Program-made: the position numbers and the translations under genes
NCBI RefSeq assembly: GCF_009914755.1
Contig: NC_060934.1
Strand: one strand, 5' to 3'
Source: the human T2T-CHM13v2.0 reference genome, Homo sapiens
DNA length: 64,000 nucleotides
In this document: one piece after another, positions 17,387 to 32,949 of the stretch
Layout of the letters: every line of letters begins with the position of its first letter
How positions within the stretch are numbered: position 1 is the first letter of the stretch
The notes under the pieces: model-generated
Databases searched by the model: none
Seen by the model: only the letters and a program-made list of their open reading frames with translations
Told to the model about the DNA's origin: nothing

Positions 17387-17775
17387 TCAAAGCTGTCACC
17401 TCACACCAAATAGGTTACTATCAAAAACAAACAAACTAGAAAATAATAAGTGTTGGTAAGGATGTGGAGAAATTGGAACCCTTATGCTCTGAGGGCGATG
17501 TTAAATGGTGCAGTCGCTATGGAAAACAGTATGGCAGTTTCTTAAAAAATTAAACATAGAAATTACTGTATGATCCAGCAATTTCACTTCTGGATATACC
17601 CAAAAGAATTGAAAGCAGAGTCTTGAAGAGATATTTGTACACTCATATTCATAGCAGTGCTATCCCTAATAGCCAAAAAGTGGAAGAAACCAAGTGTCTA
17701 TTAATGACTGAATGGGTAAACAAATGTACTGCACACATACAATGGAATATTATTCAACCTTAAAAGGGTGATATA

Positions 17776-18159
<384 letters not shown>

Positions 18160-18427
18160 TTATGCTAAGAAAAATAAGCCAGCCACAAAAGGACCAACAC
18201 TGTATGATTCTACTTATATGAAGTTCCTAGAGTGGTTAAACTCATAGAGACAGAAAGTACAATGGTGGTTTCCAGAAGTTGGGAAAGGGAACAGGGAGTT
18301 AATGTTTATTGGGTACAGAATTACAGTTTTGCAAGATGAAAGAGATCTGGAGGTGGACGATCATGATGGTTGTACAACAAGGACAATGTGCTTAATGCCA
18401 CTGAACTTACGCTTGAAAAAACATTAA

Positions 18428-18735
18428 GGTCTCCAGCTTCATCCACATTCTGAGTAAACTAGCACAAGAACAGAAAACCAAACACCACATGTTCTCACTC
18501 ATAAGTGGGAACTGAACAATGAGGACACATGGACACAGGGAGGGGAACATCACACACCGGGGCCTGTTAGAGGGTGAGGACCTAGGGGAGGGAGAGCATT
18601 AGGAGAAATACCTAACGTAGATGACGGGTTGATGGGTGCAGCAAACAACCATGGCACATGTATATCTGTGTAACAAAACTGTAGGTTCTGCACATGTACC
18701 CCAGAACTTAAAGTATAATAAAATAAAATAAAAAC
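18428..18735 (+). mobile_element. 5'-truncated L1PA 3' end with a short 5' inversion
   Basis: L1PA 3' UTR ending cacatgtaccccagaacttaaagtataataa; 18428-18445 is an inverted L1 segment. Confidence 0.9.
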
Positions 18736-18738
18736 ACT

Positions 18739-19037
<299 letters not shown>

Positions 19038-19094
19038 TTAAGGTCATCGATTTTAGGTTATGTGTATTTAACCACAATTAAAAAAAAAATTCAG

Positions 19095-19513
<419 letters not shown>

Positions 19514-19815
19514 TTAGTTGTAATTTCTCATCACTGGTTTGAAGGCAAAGACCTCAAAAATGAAGAAAAGAATTTCCTAATCAGTGGTTCTCCACAGCAG
19601 GCCTACCCTGGGCTTTGTGGGGGAAATCAAAGTGGAAGAGTTTAAATTGTCACAGCAACAGGGAGGATCACTGGCATTGGCGGGGAGGGATCAGGAATTT
19701 GAGAACTTCTGCAATTCAGGGAGAGTCCTGTCCAGCCAAGATTGTGCCTGTCTCTCAGGACTTGCATGAAGATGAAAACCTACTGATGACTCGCTGAGCT
19801 CAACTTGGATAAAGA

Positions 19816-20647
<832 letters not shown>

Positions 20648-21257
20648 TACCTATAAACCAAACTGTTACTTTTTTTGCAGGTTTTTATACATTGAATTTT
20701 CTAGGACTGCAATGACCAAAATTTGTTTTGGAACTTTGCCAAGAGTGGTTCACCATTTGGGGAAATCACAGGACTGATTGCAGCACCAATGCAACATACT
20801 TGAGTCTGGCTGTACCTGCAGCGGTCACATTCATGGTGGGCCTACAGGGAGGGGCAGCCATCCAACAGCATTATCTCTGCCAGTGTAGTCGTGTCCAAAT
20901 ATTTACATAGGAAAGGCTTATTGTTTCAGTTATTCTCTTATTATTTCTTTTGCTCTTTGGATCTGATGTAGAGAAACTATATTTAAACTGGGAGTCATTT
21001 CAGATAGGATATGATCACTAATTGAAATCCTTGAAAAATTAGAAGATTACTTGGAAAGGTGAGTCCAAAGCCAGCCGAGGTTAGAGAAGGAACAGCTGGA
21101 GATCCTTCAGAAGCCCAGGGTCTTCTTTGACCAGCTATTTACTATGCATTTTCCTCATTCCTGAATTCTTGGTGTTGATGAAGTTCTTCAAGGCTAAGAA
21201 GGGAAAAGGGGTCTCTTGAAGGCAGTTATGGCTTTATAAGATAATTGCAGTCAGGAG

Positions 21258-21651
21258 TATTGAGAGAGAGAGGAACAGAGAGAGAGGAAAGAGTTAAGAG
21301 AAAAAGATTTATGGTAAAGAATTGGCTCATGAGATTGCGGTACTGGGAGGTCTGAAATCTGCAGGGCAGGCCGGCAGGCTGGAAGATTGATGTTGCAGCT
21401 GGAGTCCAAGGGCAGCCTGGAGGCAGAATTCCTCCCCTTTCCAAGACCTCAGTCTTTTTCTCTTAAGGCCTTCCAGTGATTGGATGAGTCCCATGCACAT
21501 TATAGAGGATAATCTGCTTTACTCAAAGTGGACCGATTTAAATGTGAATCATATCTAAAAACACAGCTCCACAGCAACATCTAGACTGGTGTTTGATGAA
21601 ACATCTGGGTACCACAGCTTAACCAAGTTGACACAAAAATTAACCATCGCA
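21258..21651 (-). mobile_element. MLT2 (ERVL) LTR fragment
   Basis: aagaattggctcatgagatt...ctgcagggcaggccggcaggctgga...aagttgacacaaaaattaaccatcgca. Confidence 0.8.
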
Positions 21652-22173
21652 ATAACCAAACAGAGCTTGGAGTGAAGGTGTGAAGGTAGATATGGGTCCG
21701 TGGAGGTGGGAACACCTCTCCCTCTGAGCTGGAGACAGCAAGCCTAGAAAGTCTCAGTGAGCAGAGGAAAGTGGCCTCTTCAAACTTGACTGGAGGCTAA
21801 GATTCAGCCAGGATTGGCATAGAGACCCTATTTCCAGTTTTCCTTGGAGCACGGCAGAGTGCCCCAAAGCCAGGTGTCCAGCTCCCCAATCTTCATCTCC
21901 TGGTGTTTTGATCAAGGTGTTGGGGACGGTTAGTGGCCAGTTGCTCCCAGCAGGCACAGATTCCAGAGAAGGCACAGTCCTGTTCTTTCTACCTGAGACA
22001 CAGCCCTTGGATTTAGTGGAAGAGGATTAAGCCCTAGTCTTGGGAGATTGCAAACTCTCCTAGGAGGCACAAGGCAGCAGAGATCCCAGTGGAGGATGAA
22101 AGCTCCCCAAGAGGGTCCCAGAGGACTCACACTCACCCCAGAGAAGACACACAGGTCAGGGAGAAAAGGTTAG

Positions 22174-22551
<378 letters not shown>

Positions 22552-22629
22552 TAACCATATCACATAACATGGTATAAAAGGTCTTGGTATTGGTTTATTT
22601 CTTAGGAGAAAAGTAGAATGGAAGAGAAG

Positions 22630-22815
22630 AGAATTATTGAGCATTGACTGTCTACCAGTTGCTATGTTAAGCACTGTACGTGTATTATTTCAATTCAATC
22701 TTTAATTCTACCCTGTTAGGTAAGTAGGATTATTAATCCAGCTTATGAAGAAATTAAGCTTAAATAATTTGGCCAAGGTCACAGAACAGGTAAGTGGAGG
22801 GGCTCGAACTCAGAT
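22630..22815 (-). mobile_element. MIR
   Basis: tattgagcattgact...taaataatttggccaaggtcacagaacaggtaagtggaggggctcgaactcag. Confidence 0.7.
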
Positions 22816-22848
22816 GCAGAATATCTCATTACGAAGTTTATGTTTCTG

Positions 22849-23623
22849 ATGTGGTACCAGGCAAGTCCCAAAACTGGGGCTTAGCCTGGGAGGATTCTTG
22901 GCTTTGCCCAGGAAAAAAATTCAGGGATGAGCCAGCGGTGTTAGGCAGCAACTTTTCTTGAAGCGGCAGTGTACAGGAACAGCAGAGGGACCGCTCTTTG
23001 CAGAACAGGACTACCCCCCAGGCAGTGTGCCCAGAGTAGCAGCTCAAAGGTAGTTCTGCAGTCCTATTTATACTCACTTTTAATTACATTCAAATTAAGG
23101 GGCAGCTTATGCAGAAATTTCTGGGAAAAGGGTGGTAACAGGCTGGGTGCTGTGGCTCACACCTGTAATCCCAGCAGTGTGGGAGGCCGAGGTGGCTGGA
23201 TCACCTTAGGTCAGGAGGTCGAGACCAGCCTGACCAATATGGTGAAACCCCGTCTCTACTAAATATACAACAATTAGCCAGGCATAGTGGTGTGCACTGT
23301 AGTCCCAACTACTTGGGAGGCTGAGACAGGAGAATGCTTGAACCCAGGAAGTGGAGGTTGCAGTGAGCCAAGATCGCACCACTGCCCTCCAGCCTGAGAG
23401 ACAAAGCAAGACTCCGTCTTAAAAAAAAAAAAAAAAAAAAAAGGTAACTTCTGGGTCCTCAGGTCGTTGCCATAGAAAGGGGTAACTTTCAGGTGTTGCC
23501 ATGACAATGGTAAACTGACATGGCCCACTGGTGGGTGTGTCTTATGGAAAGCTGCTTCCCCCTCCACTCTATTTTAGCTAATCCTCAATTTGGTCCGGTG
23601 TCCGAGTCCTACCTCCTACCTCA
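22849..23623 (-). mobile_element. ERV1 solo LTR (MER50-like) with an internal Alu
   Basis: Reverse strand starts tgaggtaggaggtaggactcggacaccggaccaaattgaggattagctaaaa. Confidence 0.7.
23141..23442 (+). mobile_element. AluS
   Basis: TSD core ggtaac; lies inside an LTR. Confidence 0.95.
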
Positions 23624-23679
23624 CTTCTAAGCCCTATCTTAAGCTTCTTTCCAGTAAAAGGAAGATGAGGCTTGTGGTC

Positions 23680-24470
23680 TTATGTTGTACATTGGTTTTC
23701 GTCCATGGTTACTGATTCATAACTCCCATAGCCCTTGTTGCAAGACTTTTGTTACGAAGTTGGATGTGTTAGGCCTCAGGCGCGGACCTCCAGACACAGA
23801 ATCTCTCTCCTGCCCCCTTTTCACCCGCCCAAGGCAGGACTCTAAGAGTCCCCTGCCCTTCTGACTGTGGGTCTTAAGACCCTCCCATGAGAAGGTCCCA
23901 CCCAATACCCTGGGGGAAGGAACACTGATGGCATGAAACTTTCATAAAAACCCAAGAGGACAAGGTTCAGGGAATTTCTGGATAGCTAAACGTGTGGAGG
24001 TTCCTGGAGAATGGTGGGCCCAGGGAGGGCGTGGAAGCTCTGCACCCCTTGCCCCGTATTTCACCCTAGGCATCTCTTCATCTGCATCCTTCACAGCAGC
24101 CTTTAGGATAAATCAGTAAATGCTAGTGTTTCCCTGAATTCTGTGAGCCGCTCCAGCACATCAGCTGAGTTGAAACAGATCACGGGAACCCAAATTGAAG
24201 CCGGTCGGTCAGAAGTTCTGGAGGCCCAGACCTGCAACTAGAGAGTGTGTTTGGGGGAGGGGTAGTGTGGGGGACTGAGCCTTCAACTCACTGGATCTGA
24301 CACTATCTCCAGGTAGATAGTGTCAAAACTGGATTAAAGGATGCCCAGATGATGTCTACTGCTTGGTATGTGGAGGGAAAAAGCATTCCGTCACAGAAAT
24401 CTTCTGTGTTGAAGATTGTTGTGGTGTGAGGGTGGAGGAAAAGCACGGTGAGAGAGAGTTTTCCCTACAC
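23680..24470 (+). mobile_element. MER21 LTR
   Basis: gtggaggttcctggag...cccagggagggcgtggaagctctgcacccc; ctgacactatctccaggtagatagtgtca. Confidence 0.75.
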
Positions 24471-25021
24471 GAGGCCTTCCCAGGAGACTGCACATGGAGG
24501 GAAGGATCCTGTGCAGAATTCTGGGGAGGAGGGTAGGCTGGATCAACAACAAAAGCAGTAGAGAGACTGAGAAGGGAAAAAGAAGAGATTGATAAAGGAG
24601 GGGATTTTTAGTGCCTGCCGCAAAAGGAAAATCTGGGGAAGTGAGAGGTAGCTAAGTAGAATGTTGAGGAATTCTTCTGTGTGCGATGCTGAATGAAACT
24701 ACTAAAAAGGAAACTTACAAGAAAAACCTATGCTATTCTCAAGACTTTTGGAGTCAGACTGCAGCTACCATTGCCTTTCTGTTCCTTCTTCCTTTTTATG
24801 AAATACAGGCCTACATCACCTGGGGCCAAAATGAGGGTTTCTTTCATTTTGTTTCAGATTTTCTAAGATTTTGTTTTCCTCTTCTCAGTGTTTTTCAGAC
24901 AAATCCCTTCCTTTCCACCATGACTCGAATCTTCTTTATCTTACAACTGCATGTTACAAAGGCTTAATTTGCTTCTCTCATGGTTATCCTGAACATGATC
25001 ACCATATTAATATCAAATGTT

Positions 25022-25310
25022 GGCTGCACACAGTGGCACATGCCTGTACACCAAGCGCTTTGGGCGGCCGAGGCAGGTGAATTGCTTGAGCCCAGGAGTT
25101 CAAACCAGCCTGGGCAACATGGCAAAACCCCATCCTATGAAAACATTCAGAAATTAGCCGGGTGTGGTGGTGTGTGCCTGTAGTCCCAGGCACCTGGGAG
25201 GCTAAGATGGGAGGATCGCTTGACCACCGGAGGTGGAGGCTACAGTGTGTCGTGATTGTGCCACCACTGCACTCCAGCCTGTGCAACAGAGTGAAATTCT
25301 ATCTCTAAAT
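25022..25310 (+). mobile_element. AluJ
   Basis: Diverged dimer. Confidence 0.92.
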
Positions 25311-25470
25311 ATATGTGTGTATGTATAATATATATAAATATGTATATATGTATACATGTGTGTAATATATACTTGTAAAAATATATGTGTGTATATATGT
25401 TTACACATATATACACACATATATTTTGTATATACATATATAGTTTTATATATGTATATATGTATATATA
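25308..25470. repeat. TA/TG/CA low-complexity tract after an AluJ
   Basis: Seen directly in the sequence. Confidence 0.9.
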
Positions 25471-26197
25471 ATGTAATATCTGCATTTAATTCTCTCTCAA
25501 AAATTCTCAATAGCCTCGTTTAAATTCTTCAGCCTAGATCCAAGACTCTTTAGAATTGAAACCTGTAAATTATTCAACAGCGTCTGCCAAGACTGTGGGG
25601 ACAGATCTGCAGATCAGCTAACATCCTCTCTAACCCCATCGCCCTCTTCCCATTCCCCACCCTACAACTCACAAGACAGTCCCACCACCACACTCCTGCT
25701 CATACCATTTCAATCTGGAATTTCATCCCATTGCAATCCTATGCTTTTTTTCAGGACAAAAATCAAATGAAATGTTTTCTTAACTTTTTTTAGCCCATAA
25801 TTAGCATGCTGTTCTCCAAATGATTATCTATTTCACACACTTGTGTCAGTAAATAGAGTGTAATTGGCTGCAAGCTCAATAAGAAGAGGCAGTTGATACA
25901 TGTAACAAAATAAAAAGTGAGTTAGTCGCTACTCTTGCACCTCTCAGTTATAAAATAGTGCAGGAATCTCGGTGAAGAATGACGTTATTACATTTCCCAA
26001 GCGGCATTTCAGTGGGGGTCTGGTTCTTGGTATGAGATGTCTGTCCTTGTCCTTAGATATCTTGATGGTCTTTACTAACAAGAGCTATAAGATGAATGGG
26101 ATAGAAAAAGAAGAGGGCTTATTTTGGTAGAATGCAGTCCTCGCCTTTGCAAAACCAAGGGCACAACCCTCAAAACAGTTGAATTTATGGTTATATG

Positions 26198-26325
26198 GGC
26201 CAGGTGCTATGGCTCATACCTGTAATCCCAGCACTTGAAGAGACTGAGGTGGGAGGACTGCACAAAGTCAGGAGTTCAAGACCAGCCTGGGCAACATGAC
26301 AAGACTGTAGCTCTACAAAAAATAA
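26198..26325 (+). mobile_element. Alu left monomer (FLAM-like)
   Basis: Left arm only plus an A-rich tail; TSD ttat(g/a)gttat. Confidence 0.85.
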
Positions 26326-26922
26326 TTTTTAATATTAAAAAAATTATAGTTATGTGGGTAACAGGATGAATTGGCGTCTCACTCACTGGGCCACATAAGT
26401 ACTGCTAGAGTAGGGAAAAAAGCCTGGTATGGCCAGGCAGAGAAGACATAGAGACGGAGAACCCACCATACCTAACATCACCACCACCACATCCTCCACC
26501 TCTCCCTCCATCTCTGTCTCACGTTGGCTTCCCCAAAGTTATAGATCCAGGGCTAAGAGGAGTAAATAATGAAAGTGGGGATTGCATGTTTCCTGGCAAT
26601 ACTTTCATTAAAGGACAGAGAAGAATGTGCATCAGAGAAATTCAGTCTAGTGCTATCAGCTGCAGGCTGGTTGGAAATACAGGCAAATCTCCAGTGACGT
26701 GACCAACAACTAGGGGATACAGGGAAGGAAGACTGAGCTCTTCAACCGCGTGAGTTCCAAACTGAGTCTGCAGGCAGTTAATGAGATCAGTGGGTTTGGC
26801 CAACAGAGAAGACAGAAACCTTACCATCACCAAAGTAGGGTTTCTTATATAAGGGGACGACAAAAAGGGGAGAGCCAGCCAGCTCTCTATTAGCAGTGAC
26901 ATAAGGACGTGACTTTTATCCT

Positions 26923-28034
26923 TGTGATGGTTATACTGAGTGTCAACTTGATTGGATTGAAGGATATAAAGTATTGATCCTGGGTGTGTCTGTAAGGGTG
27001 TTGCCAAAAGAGATTAACATTTGAGTCAGTGGGCTGGGAAACGCAGACCCATCCTTAATCTGGTAGGCACCATCTGATCGGTTGCCAGTGAATATTAAAC
27101 AGGAAGAAAAATGTGAAAAGGAGAGAGACTGGCTAGGCCTCCCAGCCTACATCTTTCTCCTGTGCTGGATGCTTGCTGCCTTTGAACATCAGACTCCAAG
27201 TTCTTCAGTTTTGAGACTCAGACTAGCTCTCCTTACTCCTCAGCTTGCAGACAGCCTATTGTGGGATCTTGTGATCATGTAAGTTAATACTTAATAAACT
27301 CCCATATAATATATGATATGTGACATATATTATATATCATATATGATGTGATATATATCACATCATATATGATATATAATATATGTCACATATCATATAT
27401 GATATATAATATATGTCACATATCATATATGATATATAATATATGTCACATACCATATATGATATATAATATATGTCACATACCATATATGATATATAAT
27501 ATATGTCACATATCATATATGATATATAATATATGTCACACATCATATATCATCTATTATATATCATATATCATATAATATTATATATCATATATCATAT
27601 ATGATATGATATATATTATATAAAATATATATTAAATATATATATTTATGTTTATATTAAATAACATATTTAATAATATATATGATATATGACATATTTA
27701 ATAATATATAATATAATATATTTAATATACATAGATCCTCTAGAGGGACAGAACTGATATATCTATATTATAGATTATATATGGTAATATGTATAATAGA
27801 TAATAGATATTACATATTATCAGTTCTGTCCCTCTAGAGAATCTATATATATGATATATATATATATATCAGTTCTGTCCCTCTAGAGAATCTATATATG
27901 ATATATATATATATATATATATATATCAGTTCTGTCACTCTAGAGAATATATATAATATTATGATATATATAAAAATATATACATCAGTTATATATATTA
28001 TATATATTCTGTCCCTCTAGAAACGACAAATACA
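26923..28034 (+). mobile_element. MLT2A (HERV-L) solo LTR with a greatly expanded internal TA region
   Basis: Starts tgtgatggttatactgagtgtcaacttgattggattgaagg; aataaactccc at about 27293; ends ttctgtccctctagaaacgacaaataca. Confidence 0.9.
27361..27550. repeat. 30-bp AT-rich minisatellite, 6 full units plus a partial unit
   Basis: Unit ta(t/c)catatatgatatataatatatgtcaca at exact 30-bp spacing (first unit begins with c). Confidence 0.95.
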
Positions 28035-28332
28035 GTCCCCCTCTTTGTCTCCTCTCCACATCAATAGCACAATACTACAGTGAGACATTCCCAAATCCTC
28101 CATCCTGGAATCCTAGTGTCTCAAAAACAGAGGTATAGCGGCCACATTACAGAAATGAACAGTCTCATCCTGTGAATCACTGGTAAGAACATATGTGGAA
28201 TATTGTTCTTAGTCCTGCGCATCAGATGTTAAGACATTTTTAAAAACTGAAGTGTGTAAAAAAATTGTGTAAAGTATAAATTAGATACAATAGTGTCTCA
28301 AAATAATTTCCTAAAGAATATTTAAAGAAACC

Positions 28333-29050
<718 letters not shown>

Positions 29051-29627
29051 GAATATTTAAAGAAACTGATTGTCTTTAACCTGAAGGAATAGGTAAATGT
29101 CTTTAGACATTTGAAGAGATGCCATGTGGAAAAATTAGACTTATTCTCTGTGGTTTTAGAAAGCAGACAAGGAGTAAATGTGTGAAAGTTACAGGGATGC
29201 AAATTTTGTCTTAATAGTGGGAATGGATGAACGTTCAAAAAAGTGAGGATGGCCTGCCCCAAAATGGATGGTGCCATCACTTGACATATTTGTGCAGGGG
29301 CTGTATATTAATCCACTAGGGCTGTTATTGAGGAAAGCTCAGCACTGGAGCGAAACTGAAGCAAATGATCTTCAAGTTCCACCTCCCATTCCACTTCTAA
29401 GATTTATATTTAATGATTTCTTATGTCGCCCAATTTTTAACTCGGTTTCTGTTTGTTAATTCTTATGTATGTAAATTTTGTTCTCTCATTTGATAGAAAT
29501 CATCTGCCAGGAAAACGGTCTGTATATATGGTGCATAATGACAGGCATACCTAAGATGATCATTACATAATCAGGTCCCTAGGATTATTATCTTGTGATC
29601 AGAAAAAACTTTTAAGAACATCTGGTC

Positions 29628-29836
29628 TTATCCTGGCCAACATAGAGAAACCCCATCTCTACTAAAAACACAAAAATAAGCTGGGCATAGTAGCACGCGC
29701 CTGTAATCCTAGCTATTCAGAGGCTGAGGCAGGAGAATCTCTTGAACGCAGGAGGTGGAAGTTGCAGTGAGCTGAGATTGCACCACTGTACTCCAGCCTG
29801 GGTGACAGAACAAGACTCCGTATAAAAAAAAAAAAA
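29628..29836 (+). mobile_element. 5'-truncated Alu
   Basis: TSD aagaacatct(g/a)gtc. Confidence 0.92.
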
Positions 29837-29999
29837 AGAACATCTAGTCCCCTCTTCTGATATTTAAACTTCCGCTACATTATTTCTCCCAAATGATCCT
29901 CCTCTTTCCCCCGCTACTTGAATACCTTCATTGATGGTGAACTCACTAACTCACAGGAGCTCCATACCATTTTTAGGACAACTTGACCACAAATTTCAC

Positions 30000-30513
30000 T
30001 GTCTCAGTGATCTGTTACTGAGTAACAAACCACACCTAGAATTAATGTCTTAAAATAACAGTGATCTTTATCTGTGGATTGGCTAGGTGGTCCCCCACTG
30101 GTTTTGCCTGGGCTCAATTAGGTGGCTGCTTTCAACTGAGGGATGATCTGAGCTGGAAGATCCAAGATGGCCTCACGTGCCTGACTGACAGATGTCACTG
30201 GCTATTGCCTAGAGCTCTTTGTTTCTCTCTCATGTGACCTCTCATCCTCCTCCACACTAGCCTGACTTCATTATATATCTTAGGACAGAATTCTAAAAAA
30301 AATGAAGGCAGAAACTCAACAGCCTCTTGAGACCTAAGCTCTAGGTTGCGTACACATCACTTCCACCATATTCTTTCAGTTAAACCACAAGGGTGATCCA
30401 GACGCACAGGGATGAAGAAAAAGACCCCACTTCTGAAAGGAAGGGACGGGAAACCCACACATATGTGTGAGGACATACATAACAGGAGGGGTGAAATGTG
30501 ACCCTGTTACACA
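30000..30513 (-). mobile_element. MLT1 (F/G/H-like) LTR
   Basis: ctgagtaacaaaccacacctagaattaatgtcttaaaataacag...tccaagatggcctcac...catcacttccaccatattct. Confidence 0.65.
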
Positions 30514-30528
30514 ATCTAAAGTATTTCA

Positions 30529-30867
<339 letters not shown>

Positions 30868-31145
30868 TCAAAGAAATTATACAGAAGTCTTCCTGCCTCT
30901 AACTCTTCCTATGATAGGTCCTTGAACCTCTGTCTTGGTCTGTTTCCTATTGCTTATAACAGAATACCTGAAACTGTGTAATTTATAAAGAAAAGGAATT
31001 ATCTTTTACAGTTATGGAAGCTAAGAATCCAACATCAAGGAGCCACATCTGGCAAAGTCTTTTTTTTAATTGAGATAAAATATACACCTATAATTTACCA
31101 TCCTTACTATTTCTAAGTGTATAGTTCAGTGGTAAGAAATACATT

Positions 31146-32048
31146 GATGGCTGTTGTGATACCTCGGTTCTTGCCTTCTTAGTTTAAAAGAATTTAAACA
31201 AGAGACTGGGCGCGGTGGCTCACGTCTGTAATCCCAGCACTTTGGGAGGCCGAGGTGGGCAGATCACTAGTCAGGAGTTCCAGACCAGCCTGGCCAATAT
31301 GGTGACACCCCGTCTCTACTAAAATTACAAAAATTAGCTCGGTGTGGTGGTGCGTGCCTGTAGTCCCAGGTACTCGGGAGGCTGAGGCAGAATTGCTTGA
31401 ACCCGGGACACGGAGGTTTCAGTCAGCCGAGATTGCATCACTGCATCCCAGCCTGGGTGGCAGAGCAAGATTCCGTCTCAGAAAAAAAAAAAAAAAAAAA
31501 AAAAGAATTTAAACAAGAGACATACAGTGTAGGGCATGCAGCATAGAGTAATTTATTGCAAAGGAAAAAGAATATTTTGAAAGTTAGGTACAGAATAGAC
31601 AGTACATCCTCAGGGAGAGAGGATTCAGGGCAAGCTGCTCATAAGGACGAGACAGCAAAGACCGTTACTAGGGAAAGGGAGTCTTACATGATTATTCATG
31701 AGGGAGTGGGAAGAGGCGTTGCTAGTAAGCATGTTCTGGGTGGTCTTCTGGGTGCACATGTACAGTAGCTGTACATGCTTCTTCATACATCATATGTCTC
31801 ATTAGCATCTTAAATCTCCACACTGGGGTGTGTTTTTTACTATTATAATGATCAAAGGGTGAGTTTGAGGACAGGTAAAATCAAAATATGTGTGCACTCT
31901 CGAGGAGAAAGTCCCTACTGAAGATAACTTTGCTTGAATGAGCTCAACTACAATGCAAATGCTGAGGCTTATTGTGTTGACTGTACAGTCACCACGGTTG
32001 CTACGTCCCAAGAACGTGGTCATTTCCTTGACTACCCATCTTGCCTCA
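31146..32048 (-). mobile_element. ERV1 solo LTR (MER66-like) inside the L1, with an internal Alu
   Basis: Reverse strand starts tgaggcaagatgggtagtcaaggaaatgaccacgttcttggga. Confidence 0.65.
31204..31503 (+). mobile_element. AluS
   Basis: TSD aaaagaatttaaacaaga. Confidence 0.95.
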
Positions 32049-32054
32049 AATACA

Positions 32055-32347
32055 TTTTTTGTTTTTAGATGGAGTCTCGCTCTGTCGCCCAGGCTGGAAT
32101 CAAGTGGCATTTTCTCAGCTCACTGCAACCTCCGCCTTCCCGGCTCAAGCAATTATCCTGCCTCAGCTTCTCCAGTAGCTGAGATTACAGGCACGCGCCA
32201 CCATGCCTGGCTAATTTTTGTATTTTTAGGTGAGATGGGGTTTCACCGTGTCAGCCAGGCTGGTCTCGAACTCCTGACCTCAAGTAATCTGCCTGCCTCG
32301 GCCTCCCAAAGTGCTGGGATTACAGGCATGAGCCACCGCACCCAGCC
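32055..32347 (-). mobile_element. AluS
   Basis: TSD tgcctca...acattt. Confidence 0.95.
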
Positions 32348-32642
32348 ATGCCTCAGAAACATTTATATCCTTATTTTTCCCTTCATCCCCTTTCCCTACT
32401 CCTTCCTGGCCTCTGGTAACCACAAGTCTGCTCCCTATCTTCATGAGTTGCACTGTTTTTAGCTCCCATACATGAGTGAGAACATGAGCATCTGCTTTTC
32501 TGTGCCTGGCTTATTTCACTTAACATAATGGCCTCCAGTTCCATCCATGTTGCTGCAAATGACAAGATTTCATTCTTATTTATGAAATAAAATTCCATAA
32601 TGATATTCCATTGTGTATATATACTACATTTTCTTTTTTTAC

Positions 32643-32949
32643 TTTTCTCTTTTTTTTTTTTTTTTTTGAGATGGAGTCTCACTCTGTCTCCCAGGCTGGA
32701 ATGCAGTGGCACGATCTCGGCTTACTGCAACCTCTGCCTCCTGGGTTCAAGAATTCTCATGCCTCAGCCTCCCAAGTAGCTAGGATTCCAGGTGCCTGCC
32801 ACCAACCCCCCACTAATTTTTGTATTTTTGGTAGAGACGGGGTTTCACCATGTTGGCCAGGCTAGTCTTGAACTCTTGACCTCAAGTGATCTGCCCACCT
32901 CCAGCCTCCCAAAGTGCTGGGATTATAGGCGTGAGCCACCATGCTGGCC
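32643..32949 (-). mobile_element. AluS
   Basis: TSD tgtgtatatatactacatttt. Confidence 0.95.

Noticed and set aside
22826-22842. cattacgaagtttat, resembling a loxP half-site (ttacgaagtt recurs near 23752)
   Set aside because: No inverted partner arm; a short chance match.
24298-24325. 11-bp stem-loop tgacactatct-ccaggt-agatagtgtca
   Set aside because: As recalled, an intrinsic feature of MER21 LTRs, so not locus-specific.
27348-27578. ORFs with a 10-aa repeat (YMIYNICHIS), and a CRISPR-like periodic look
   Set aside because: Translation of a 30-bp VNTR. The units abut without unique spacers, and the context is eukaryotic.
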